Part shown: piece after piece, positions 17,260 through 26,118 of the stretch
Layout: every line of letters starts with the position of its first letter
Position numbering within the stretch: the stretch's first letter is position 1
Source: a virus
Lineage: Duplodnaviria; Caudoviricetes
Direction: 5' to 3' (one strand)
DNA length: 60,489 nucleotides
Virus record (IMG/VR): IMGVR_UViG_3300020200_000001
Coordinates: 1 to 60,489 of that record
Notes under the pieces: model-generated
What the model was told of the DNA's origin: nothing
Database searches by the model: none
Seen by the model: only the letters and a program-made list of their open reading frames with translations
Position numbers and translations under genes: made by a program

Positions 17260-18168
17260 TTAGGCCGCGCCAGGGCAGCCAAAGATGCCGCGTGGGTCGC
17301 TAAAGCCGAAGCTGTAACGCTCACGAGCCTTGTAACGCACGTTGCCAGTGTCGAAGTCGCCTTCAAAGCCGGTCTTCATGCTTACACGCTCAAACATCTT
17401 CATGCCGTTGGGCGCATCAGTCTTGATGAACCACGCATCCGGATCAGTCAGGTAATGGTTCACAGAGTAGCCCTGCGGAACCATGCCCATGTTCTTGATC
17501 GCGTTAATGTCGTTGTCTGCAGTACCAACACGCAAAGTAGACTTCAGGATGCGGTCAGCCGTGAACTGCAGCTCTTTCGGGATGATGAGCTTTAAGCCCT
17601 GAACAGCGATCTTCAGGCCACGTTCGTCGGTGAACGCTGCGATGTCGATCAGGGCCTGCTCTAAAGAAGTCTCTGACAGGTCCGCAGGGACTGCCAGTTC
17701 GTTCTTCAGGTTAGGACCAGACAGGGTCGGGTGGTTGTCTGCGCAGAGGGCCACACCGTCGCCACCAACAGAGGTCGTGAAAGCGCCGTTCAGAACGGAC
17801 GCAGCACGGATCTGCTTGGTGTTGGCCATGGAACGAGCCAGGGCCTTGGTGTAGCGAGCCGCCAGAGACGCGTACAGGTTGTCCTCGACTGCCTCTTCGG
17901 TCAGCGAGAAAGCCAGTGCGATAGTCTCGTGGGTATAACGTGCGGTGTAGACCTCTTGTGCTTGGTCGTATGCAACGCCAGCACCTTCAGTCTTCACAGG
18001 CGCAGTGTCAAAACCCGACAGCATCACCTCTTCTTCAAATGCACGATCAGACGACTCGATGTCGTAAATCTGGGCGTGCTCCTGCTCGTAGCCTTTGTAC
18101 TCAATGCCGAAAAGAGCATTGAGACCAGGCTCAAGTTCTTTTACTAGTTGGGCGCGTGAAATTGCCAT
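17260..18168 (-). CDS. Major capsid protein (HK97 fold, Mu gpT-like)
   Basis: MAISRAQLVKELEPGLNALFG, EEAVEDNLY, GNVRYKARERYSFG. Confidence 0.9.
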   Translation of the reverse strand: MAISRAQLVKELEPGLNALFGIEYKGYEQEHAQIYDIESSDRAFEEEVMLSGFDTAPVKTEGAGVAYDQAQEVYTARYTHETIALAFSLTEEAVEDNLYASLAARYTKALARSMANTKQIRAASVLNGAFTTSVGGDGVALCADNHPTLSGPNLKNELAVPADLSETSLEQALIDIAAFTDERGLKIAVQGLKLIIPKELQFTADRILKSTLRVGTADNDINAIKNMGMVPQGYSVNHYLTDPDAWFIKTDAPNGMKMFERVSMKTGFEGDFDTGNVRYKARERYSFGFSDPRGIFGCPGAA

Positions 18169-18180
18169 GTTTAGCTCCTA

Positions 18181-18771
18181 TCAGGGTGCAGGTGCTGTAT
18201 TGGCAACGCCGGTGCTGCCATACATATGTGCGTTGATCTTAACCACCACGTCAACATACGCTTCACCCAAAGAATTTCCAGGTTGATCGTATGAACCAAC
18301 TAACTTCAGAACGAGGCCTGCAGTGTTGGCGATCGCGGAGGCATCCAATTGGGTGCCAGAAACACCCGTGGTGGTGCTACCAGTAGCGTAGGCGATAGGT
18401 GCGTTTTGGCCCATTTGGGTCAGCGTCACGGTATCGTCAGCTTGGATAACAAACAACTGGCTGGGATCGTCAATTACTTCGGCGCAAATTTTGCCGGAAG
18501 TAATGTTGACAGAGCCCGGATAGAAGTTCTTCCAAGTGGGTTTGCCGGTGGTGGGGTCGGTGTAGTTACAGCCGTTAAACACGCCGACTGCAACAGTGTG
18601 CAGGGCAGCGTCAAACTTGACGATGTAACCGCTAGATAGAGTGACTAGGTCACCCTGAAAAATTGCTCCAGCCTGGTTGTCAGCAATGTAGTAACCGTAC
18701 TGTTTTTGTGCACCAGTAGCGGAGAGATTGCCGAGCGGACGCAGACCAAAGGCTTTATTGACGTTTGCCAT
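18181..18771 (-). CDS. Putative capsid decoration/cement protein
   Basis: MAN...FGLRP, IFQGDLV, GVF.GC.YTDP; upstream of MCP. Confidence 0.7.
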   Translation of the reverse strand: MANVNKAFGLRPLGNLSATGAQKQYGYYIADNQAGAIFQGDLVTLSSGYIVKFDAALHTVAVGVFNGCNYTDPTTGKPTWKNFYPGSVNITSGKICAEVIDDPSQLFVIQADDTVTLTQMGQNAPIAYATGSTTTGVSGTQLDASAIANTAGLVLKLVGSYDQPGNSLGEAYVDVVVKINAHMYGSTGVANTAPAP

Positions 18772-18789
18772 TTTGTCTTTCCTTAAAAA

Positions 18790-19272
18790 TTATTCGGAAC
18801 CCTTGGGGCTTCCGAACGAGGTACGGGACCGTCGCTCTGGGCGTTGAATCCGCATCGAATCATGCGAGTTGGATTTCATCAGCTCATTGTCAACGGACTG
18901 TTGAATTTCCTGGGAACGCGAGTTGTAGTACGCATTGCGCTCCTCAACCGTCTCTTCGGGGATACGAGCCAAGAGCAGACCTCCCACGCTGATCACACCA
19001 GCATGTCGGCCGTCTTCCATCGTAGGCGAAGCGAAGTCGGGATGTTCATCCGAACGAACCAGTTCGTAGCCCTCGCGCAAGCGCGCTGCCACGTTGATTC
19101 GATCTTCAATACCACCCGCCTCGGCGCGGATCCAGCGATGCTTGAATCCCGGAGGAGCAGGAGGCGCATCAAGTCGGGAAGGCGGAGCCCAAGAGCGACG
19201 GCGCGCAGATCCCTCGCGGGTTTCAGAAGCACGAGAACTGCGGTTCAGTTTTGGCACATTCATTTCGCTCAT
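18790..19272 (-). CDS. Conserved head-module protein
   Basis: W.PPS.LDAPPAPPGFKHRWIR, LREGYELVR, GGLLLARIPEE. Confidence 0.75.
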   Translation of the reverse strand: MSEMNVPKLNRSSRASETREGSARRRSWAPPSRLDAPPAPPGFKHRWIRAEAGGIEDRINVAARLREGYELVRSDEHPDFASPTMEDGRHAGVISVGGLLLARIPEETVEERNAYYNSRSQEIQQSVDNELMKSNSHDSMRIQRPERRSRTSFGSPKGSE

Positions 19273-19276
19273 TTTT

Positions 19277-20236
19277 TCACTCCTTCACGTACTTGGCGTA
19301 TTCCTCAAGCGGAACACCCAGTTTTTTGGCAATCGCAACTTGACTCGGTGACAACCGGACAGTGCGGCGTGCATTATTTGCTCCCGTAGAACGGGCTGCA
19401 GGCGCTACCGTTTGCACGGGGCGGGTAGTCCTGTTATTTTGTTGCGCGGGATTTTGTTCGGCGAACTTATGTGGGAACGCGTCACGCATCCTGCGGTCTA
19501 GTTCATCATAATACTCGTTTGACTGCGGGTCAAACCCCTCCGTCGCAATTAACTGCATGTGAATGCCCCGAACAGCGGCAGTCATGGCGACATCGCGGCC
19601 AAACCATTCGTTTCGTTCAGCCCAGTCCTCGGCCTTAGGGTCCGGTTCTTCCTGGACTTGGCGAGGCTGAGACTGGGGTTGAGCATAGGCCTGCTGCTGA
19701 ACTACTTGCGCAAAGTGAGATTGCGGCTGTGCAGCAGAAAGTTGAGCCTGGCGGGCGGCCGACTGTTCGGCAACCTGTCTTTGGTCATACAAAATGTCGG
19801 TCAGACGTTGCTGGGCCTCTGTCTCAGTATCAAAATCACCCTCTTCTCGAGCCTTTTTAATGATCTGCTTTAGAGCGATGACCTGGGTCTCAATCCGGGT
19901 CTTGGCCTCATCCAAACGGCTGGCATCAAAGCGTGTAGCCTGATGTTCCAGCTCCTGGGCGCGTTTTTGGACCTGCTGGGCATACTCAATCGCTGCCTGT
20001 TCACGGCGCTGGGTCTCTCGCAGACGAGCAGTCAGCTTGTCAATGCGCTTTTTGACCTTGTCGCTGTACTCTTCTAGCTCGTCATCTGCTTGAGGCTTCG
20101 CAGATTGAGTAAGGGTTTCTACTGATGGGGGTTGTTCCTTGTCCAGAACCTCAGCGTTTCCGCCATCTGCATCAAGGGCCACTGTGGCGGGTTTTTCGTC
20201 CTCACCGATACTAAATTCAAGCTGGTCGCCTGCCAT
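19277..20236 (-). CDS. Scaffolding protein
   Basis: Acidic N-terminus, coiled coil, DPKAEDWA..NEWFG, C-terminal AIAKKLGVPLEEYAK. Confidence 0.78.
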   Translation of the reverse strand: MAGDQLEFSIGEDEKPATVALDADGGNAEVLDKEQPPSVETLTQSAKPQADDELEEYSDKVKKRIDKLTARLRETQRREQAAIEYAQQVQKRAQELEHQATRFDASRLDEAKTRIETQVIALKQIIKKAREEGDFDTETEAQQRLTDILYDQRQVAEQSAARQAQLSAAQPQSHFAQVVQQQAYAQPQSQPRQVQEEPDPKAEDWAERNEWFGRDVAMTAAVRGIHMQLIATEGFDPQSNEYYDELDRRMRDAFPHKFAEQNPAQQNNRTTRPVQTVAPAARSTGANNARRTVRLSPSQVAIAKKLGVPLEEYAKYVKE

Positions 20237-20247
20237 ACTCTTCTCCT

Positions 20248-20733
20248 TTACATGTGCAAAATATCAGAAGGATCGTTGATCCGGCCAATAATTTCGTCGT
20301 CGTTCAAGATTCGGATTTCCCCGCCGTCAATATTGATACGGGATCCCGCATACCGCCCAAAAATGATCCAGTCCCCTTCCTGGCACCAGGGTCCGTTCGG
20401 GAATTTGGACTCATCTTTATAGGCTAAGTCGCCTACACGAAGGACATAGCCAACCGTAGTAGCAAGCTGCGTCTTTCTCTGGGTTTCTTCGGCGAGCACG
20501 ATTCCCCCTTTGGTCTTTTCAGGACCACGATAGGGGAGAATGGCAATCCGCCAGCCCACAGGGATTGGAATTCGATCACGCACTGCGCCAGGCAACTGGT
20601 CAGGATCGAAATTCCCATCGGCGTCATAGGCATCGTCGAGGTTTGAATCCCGAAGTGCTTTTGCATCGGTCTCCTCCTTCCACTTCTGCTCTAGGGCCGT
20701 CAGGGCCTTTTCTTCAACAACTTCATCAGTCAT
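20248..20733 (-). CDS. groES: GroES-like co-chaperonin
   Basis: P.GWRI..., KTKGGIVL, GDWIIFGRYAG, RILNDDEI. Confidence 0.9.
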   Translation of the reverse strand: MTDEVVEEKALTALEQKWKEETDAKALRDSNLDDAYDADGNFDPDQLPGAVRDRIPIPVGWRIAILPYRGPEKTKGGIVLAEETQRKTQLATTVGYVLRVGDLAYKDESKFPNGPWCQEGDWIIFGRYAGSRINIDGGEIRILNDDEIIGRINDPSDILHM

Positions 20734-20750
20734 GCTGGATCTCCTTTGGG

Positions 20751-20948
20751 TTAAAGAACGTCATCGTCTGGGGTCCGTTTCTTCAAAAGCTCTTTCACGG
20801 ACGTCTCGACCAGCTTTAATCCCTCAAGGCGACCCATCATAAAACGATAGCGTTCCATGTTTGCAATCGTGCCATTGAGCACAATCGCTTCGGAGTCAGC
20901 GATCAGCTTTCTAATTTCTTTTAAAACCGCATCTGCAAATTCAAGCAT
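20751..20948 (-). CDS. Small head-module protein
   Basis: ..YRFMMGRLEGL motif; sits between portal and GroES. Confidence 0.7.
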   Translation of the reverse strand: MLEFADAVLKEIRKLIADSEAIVLNGTIANMERYRFMMGRLEGLKLVETSVKELLKKRTPDDDVL

Positions 20949-21004
20949 GGTCGTATTCCCATGAAAAGCAGACAGTGTTTAGGCCACTGTCTGAAAGCCT
21001 TTGG

Positions 21005-21292
21005 TCAGTATATCTTGACCGGATTATTACCGTCTTTCTTTTTAACAACCATCACCGGACCTTGGACGCCCTTATATTTTTTAATCATCTCCCCGCCCTT
21101 ATATTTTTTAACAGGCTGATTGCGGGATTTACCGGCAGTGGTCAAAGCAATTGCAACCGCTTGTTTAACAGCGGCTTTCTTGCTCTTTGGCTTACTGGTG
21201 CCGATCGCGCCTTTCTTCTCGTATGTGCCCACCAGCTCACCGATATTGGAGCTAATGATCTTCTGGCTCGAACCCTTTTTCAATGGCATCAC
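21005..21292 (-). CDS. Small basic protein
   Basis: MPLKKGSSQK.ISSNI.EL, KQAVAIAL; KYKGG. Confidence 0.72.
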   Translation of the reverse strand: MMPLKKGSSQKIISSNIGELVGTYEKKGAIGTSKPKSKKAAVKQAVAIALTTAGKSRNQPVKKYKGGEMIKKYKGVQGPVMVVKKKDGNNPVKIY

Positions 21293-23691
21293 TGTCTCCT
21301 TGCGTTGATCTGTTGGATTTGATTGCTACGTTCTTGCTGCTGGGCCATCATGTTGGCGCGCTCACGAGCAACATCAGCTCGAAGCTGTGCAATGTTTTCT
21401 TGTGACTGGATACGCGCCTGGTTGGCCTGTGCGTTCTGCTGAATCTTGGCGTTATCCAACTGCAGGCGCTGCTGCGCGATTTGGTTGTCGGCTTGATCGG
21501 CCTGCGCACGCTGTTGGATCTCGGCCTCCTTGAGCGCAATAATGGGATCAGGACCCCCGCCGCCTGCCAACTGATTCTGCATGTTACGAACCTGCTGCAT
21601 GCCCTCTGCCACCTTGAGAGCAATCATGCCTTCGCGCTGGATTGCTGAGACCATGCGGTCAGGATCATTGCCATACTGTTGAAACAGTTCGGCTTCGGTA
21701 TCCTCCTCAGCCTTCAGGCGCACATGCTCAAGAATGTGCTTTTGCAGGGACAAGACAGCCTGCGGCATTGTCTGCAGGATTGGCGACATGCCCATCGACA
21801 GGTGGGAGAAGATATGCGCGTCATGCTGTTGGCCAGCAAACGCCTTCAATTCCATCATGTCAAGCAAGTCAGCATTCTCTTGTGCAGGGTCCTTCGGGAT
21901 GTTGGTGTGCTGAGGACGCAGAATGCCGTCGATGTCACGCACGTTCATGGCTGCATACACGCGGTAGTAGGCCTCATACATGTTGTGCATCTGCGGGGCG
22001 CTCTGTGCAACCTGCAACTGGGTCTGCGCCAGCATGATGCGCTGGGCAGTGGAGAAAATATTGGGGTCCGCGACCGGCAGCACTGCCACCATGTCGTCAA
22101 AGTCCTTGCGTTTGATGCAACGGCTTGCGCCAGGCACGTCGTAGGGGTACTCGTCAGGCAAATACTCACCAAACCCGGCAGCCAACATCTCAAATTCAAG
22201 TTTTTGTGCGTAGTGCAGACGCTTGTGTATGGCGGACATCACCATAGAGCCACGTTCGAGCAGTGCAATTGTCGTTCCAACGGCTGCCTGCTGATTTCCG
22301 TCGCCAACTTGCATGTCGGCGATGCTTGCTAGGCGTCTTCCTGCGTCTACGCAGAATCCCAACAGCGCAAATAGCGTTTGACTGGGCTCTTTGTACGGCA
22401 ATGGCAACAAAGACGACGTGAGTTCTGAGCCCCCGGCATCCATGTCGCGCCATTCGCCCGGTTGTAGCGGCTTGTCGTCATCAGAAATGCGTGCGCCCTT
22501 GGCTTTAAAACCTGCAGGGAGGTTTGCAAGCGTTCCGGCGTCCAAAAGCTGGCGCAAGGAGCTGGTTGCGGACTTGGAAAGGCCGCCGATGAGGTGCACA
22601 AAGCCCAAACCGTAAGCGCCAGGGCCTTCCACGAGCACGTAATGGACAAAATACTCGATTCGGATCTTGAGTTCATCGCTCTCCTTCCAATTTCGACGGA
22701 TTCCGACCAGTCTTCCCGTGCTTTCCTCGACCGTAACAATGTAAGGACACTTAATTCCGGTAAGTTCGTTGTCTTCGTCCTTGTCTTCAAAGCCTTCAAG
22801 GTCTAAATCGACATGAAATTCGAGCAAAAAGATCTCGTCTGTGTGCGTAGTGGGCGATTGACCAGTGATTCGGTCAATTTTTGCCTGAATATCGCTGGGT
22901 TGATCCGGTGTTGGCTCGGGTTCAATGGCGTAATCTAGGTATTCACCTGCCCGAACACGCTTGCGATAGTCGTTTTCGTACATCGGGATGCGATGAGTGA
23001 TGCGAGGACACTCGCTCATTACGCTAGACCCGTTGTATGGGATGTACAAATCGTCTGCCAAGACCAGTTTTGCGACCATACGGCCGATTTGGGCATCGTA
23101 ATAGGTCTTCTTGAACACCGAACCACCGTAGCCAAGGAAGAAAAGCGCCTGGTCCATCTCAGGCGTGTACTCCTTCATCACGGTTGTGATCTGGTAGTTC
23201 ATGAAATCCTGCACGCGAGAGGCTTGCATGGACTTCTCAATGGTCTCCTTGCCCAAGATCTGGGTCCTGACCGGTCCGCCAGCGGGCATCAGCTCCTTAA
23301 ATGCCTGTGCCTGGAACTGCACCACAGCCTCAGTAAGCATTGGATGCACAGCACCAGAGGCCCCACGGAAGGGCTGAGTACGCTCTTCTAGCCTAAACCC
23401 AAGCAGGTCCAAGCCCTTGGAGTACATCGTCTCCCATTCAGCACGCGAGGCCTTATCTGACTCGAACAAATCAAGCAGGTCCAATGCCACACGATTGCGT
23501 ACGTCGGGGTCTACGACATCGGCCAGGTTGGCATAGAAGTCAACTTCCTTGTCTTCCTCTTCTCCGATCTCAACGGTGGCACTGCCATCGTTCTCTAAAA
23601 CGACTTCAATCTCCGGCATATCCGGCGCGTCGATCTCAACCTTGAGATCAGACTCAGATGGCATTTCGTTTAGTGCTCTGTCAATGGGCAT
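21289..23691 (-). CDS. Portal protein
   Basis: FY.NLA, PF.GAS...HP.L.EA, QLLDAGTL.NLP.GFK, AIHKRLH; C-terminal Gln-rich barrel. Confidence 0.88.
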   Translation of the reverse strand: MPIDRALNEMPSESDLKVEIDAPDMPEIEVVLENDGSATVEIGEEEDKEVDFYANLADVVDPDVRNRVALDLLDLFESDKASRAEWETMYSKGLDLLGFRLEERTQPFRGASGAVHPMLTEAVVQFQAQAFKELMPAGGPVRTQILGKETIEKSMQASRVQDFMNYQITTVMKEYTPEMDQALFFLGYGGSVFKKTYYDAQIGRMVAKLVLADDLYIPYNGSSVMSECPRITHRIPMYENDYRKRVRAGEYLDYAIEPEPTPDQPSDIQAKIDRITGQSPTTHTDEIFLLEFHVDLDLEGFEDKDEDNELTGIKCPYIVTVEESTGRLVGIRRNWKESDELKIRIEYFVHYVLVEGPGAYGLGFVHLIGGLSKSATSSLRQLLDAGTLANLPAGFKAKGARISDDDKPLQPGEWRDMDAGGSELTSSLLPLPYKEPSQTLFALLGFCVDAGRRLASIADMQVGDGNQQAAVGTTIALLERGSMVMSAIHKRLHYAQKLEFEMLAAGFGEYLPDEYPYDVPGASRCIKRKDFDDMVAVLPVADPNIFSTAQRIMLAQTQLQVAQSAPQMHNMYEAYYRVYAAMNVRDIDGILRPQHTNIPKDPAQENADLLDMMELKAFAGQQHDAHIFSHLSMGMSPILQTMPQAVLSLQKHILEHVRLKAEEDTEAELFQQYGNDPDRMVSAIQREGMIALKVAEGMQQVRNMQNQLAGGGGPDPIIALKEAEIQQRAQADQADNQIAQQRLQLDNAKIQQNAQANQARIQSQENIAQLRADVARERANMMAQQQERSNQIQQINARRQ

Positions 23692-23709
23692 GGTTATCGC
23701 CTTTATACA

Positions 23710-26118
23710 TTAGAAAATGCTCCTTGCGCCAAAACCAGCTCTTTCCGACCAGTCTATCCTGACAGCTTCTTCTAGTTCTTCACCGGTCTTGGTTTTTATA
23801 TAACGCTCGGGCTGGATCTTATCAATAGGCAAGTCTTTCAAAAACTGCACAATTATTTCTTGGTCCGCAGGGTCAGGGACTCCGTTGAAGTTGCCTTTAA
23901 TCTGTTTTACAAAAAGTGTGCCGTCGTCATTCTTTCTGGCTTCGACTGTCACTCGCGGGAGGTTATCCGGCCCACGCAGTGAGAATATTTGAGCCCGTCC
24001 AGACTCCAAGGCTTCCTTTCCGCCTTCTCCGTAGTTGCCCTTTTTGGCATAGCCACCTATAGAGTGGTGCATCGCCGCGCCTTCTAATTGCACAGCTTGA
24101 GGGGTAAGCAGCCTTACCCACTTATCTTGGCCCATGGGTCTAAAGGTCTCCGTTCCAACGTCAAAACTTTCTTTAGGCACAGATTTATTGCCTTCAACTT
24201 TTTTTATGACCTCATCCCAATCACGCTGCAGCTTCGTGTTTTTTGTTCCTTGGACCACGGCCTCTGCAAAACTCATGTTGCCCAACTTGTCAGGGTTTAA
24301 CGTGGCAAGGCTTTTGGCAAGGTTTTTAGGGTCTAAAAAGTCTAAAGAAGGAGAAGCGGGTATGTCATAAAATACTTCTCCCTCACGAGCGGCCCTGATT
24401 AAAGTCTCATCCGCCATTTCTTCAGGTTGCAAATACATGCGGCTGTTTGGATCCTTAGCAGCCTCAGGAAATTGTTCGCCCAATAGTCTTCGTGCAAGGT
24501 TTTTTTGGTACTCTGGCGAGTAGTTCTTAAGCATTGACTCCGTATCTATACGTTGTAAAATTGGCACAGTGATTTGCTCTAGATCCACGCCTTCTTTTGC
24601 AATTTTGTCCAACATGTCCTGAGTTGCTTTATCTCGGATCTTTGCAGCCAGGTCATACTGATCTCGACTGGGAACCGCAACAAACTGCTCAATTCCAGAC
24701 CTGGTGTCATACATTGTTTCAAAATCTTCCAATGCCCTGGGATTACCTTCGCGAGCGGCCTGCAACATGTAGTCCCTGAAGTTTTTCGCATCAGTCCCAA
24801 ACGCGGGCAGTCGGCCCTCCAACAGAGCGTCCCGCAATGGATCACTCCCTGTTCCGTAGGTCGTAGTCAAATACTTACGGCCCTTGTCGTTAATGAACTG
24901 GTTTAGAGTCTTAATCTGCCCGACGGTCAGGTCCTGTGCCTCACGGCCAACTTGCTCTTCTACACGCTGTAGAAAATTATCTATTCCAGAGCCGGTGCCT
25001 GCCTTTGGAAATATTCCGCCCTTTGGCTTCAGCACTCCGCCTAAGCCACCGCCCGTCCAGTTCATCACAAATTCTTCTGGGTTTTCTTTTAGCTGCTTTG
25101 CAATGTTTTCCAAGGAGCGTTTAGCATGCGCTTTAGGGTCAGTAATGCCTTGAACAATATTGCCTGCTACAGTGGTGGCTGCCTGCGGAATCATTCCCAT
25201 CATGGCAGGTGCTGTAGCCTTAAATGCCTCAAACGCCTCTCTTGACGCAGAGGGTTGCGCTCGCTCTTGTGGCGTCATTGGCGTTCCCACCGTCATCTGT
25301 TGCGCAACCTCACCCTCCTTCGGAGATCCGGTGGCACGTTTGATGAACTTCAGGACCTCACCACCACGGGCAAATTCCCCCGCGTCCCCAGCAGCGCCGC
25401 CATCAGCATCTGCGGCAGCAGTAGCCGCTGCTGCAGCCGCTGCTGCATCGGCGTCGGCCGTTACAGACGCGTCCTGCGCCGCGATCGACGCGTCATTGGA
25501 GACTGTCGAGACGTTGCCGTCCTGGTCAGACACCGTTGCGATGCCTGTTTCGCTGACAGGAGCCGCATTGGACAGAGCAGAGGCCACGTTGGCCATGGCA
25601 TTCAACTGGCTGTCCGCAATCGCATTGCCTATCACACTGGCAGCAATCGCCCCCGGAGCAAAGCCAAGCTGACCATAGCCCATCAGGCCCAGGGCAATAC
25701 TCTGCGCCGTGTTGCTCACGCCCTGGCCCGTTGTCGGTGATCCGGCAGGCGCAGTGCTGTCGCCACCGCTTGAGGACTCCTGGTCCTTAGCCGGTTCAAT
25801 CGTCGCAGGCACGCTGCCCAGCGGCCGCGCCTTGAGTGCACCGGTTTCATCGATGTAGTACTGGTAGGCGTTCGGGTTGATCGCGCCCAACTGCAACGGG
25901 TCCAAGCGCAAAGGCTCAAGGCCCGGGGTTCCGCCACTGGCCAAATGAACAGGGGCAGCCATTCGGCCGGATGCTGCCCCGTTAGCTTTTTTTAAGATGC
26001 TCTCTAGCATGTGAGCAGATTGTTTCCGACGACGGACCTCACCGCCCTCCTCCGGAGATCCGGTGGCACGTTTGATGAAAGTAGCAGTGGACCGAGGATC
26101 ACGCTTCATGGGGCCCAT
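23710..26118 (-). CDS. Large putative internal virion protein with C-terminal PcfJ-like domain
   Basis: EG.AM.H.IGGY, IFSLR...P.VTVE, QIKG..N; duplicated FIKRATGSP motif. Confidence 0.65.
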   Translation of the reverse strand: MGPMKRDPRSTATFIKRATGSPEEGGEVRRRKQSAHMLESILKKANGAASGRMAAPVHLASGGTPGLEPLRLDPLQLGAINPNAYQYYIDETGALKARPLGSVPATIEPAKDQESSSGGDSTAPAGSPTTGQGVSNTAQSIALGLMGYGQLGFAPGAIAASVIGNAIADSQLNAMANVASALSNAAPVSETGIATVSDQDGNVSTVSNDASIAAQDASVTADADAAAAAAAATAAADADGGAAGDAGEFARGGEVLKFIKRATGSPKEGEVAQQMTVGTPMTPQERAQPSASREAFEAFKATAPAMMGMIPQAATTVAGNIVQGITDPKAHAKRSLENIAKQLKENPEEFVMNWTGGGLGGVLKPKGGIFPKAGTGSGIDNFLQRVEEQVGREAQDLTVGQIKTLNQFINDKGRKYLTTTYGTGSDPLRDALLEGRLPAFGTDAKNFRDYMLQAAREGNPRALEDFETMYDTRSGIEQFVAVPSRDQYDLAAKIRDKATQDMLDKIAKEGVDLEQITVPILQRIDTESMLKNYSPEYQKNLARRLLGEQFPEAAKDPNSRMYLQPEEMADETLIRAAREGEVFYDIPASPSLDFLDPKNLAKSLATLNPDKLGNMSFAEAVVQGTKNTKLQRDWDEVIKKVEGNKSVPKESFDVGTETFRPMGQDKWVRLLTPQAVQLEGAAMHHSIGGYAKKGNYGEGGKEALESGRAQIFSLRGPDNLPRVTVEARKNDDGTLFVKQIKGNFNGVPDPADQEIIVQFLKDLPIDKIQPERYIKTKTGEELEEAVRIDWSERAGFGARSIF

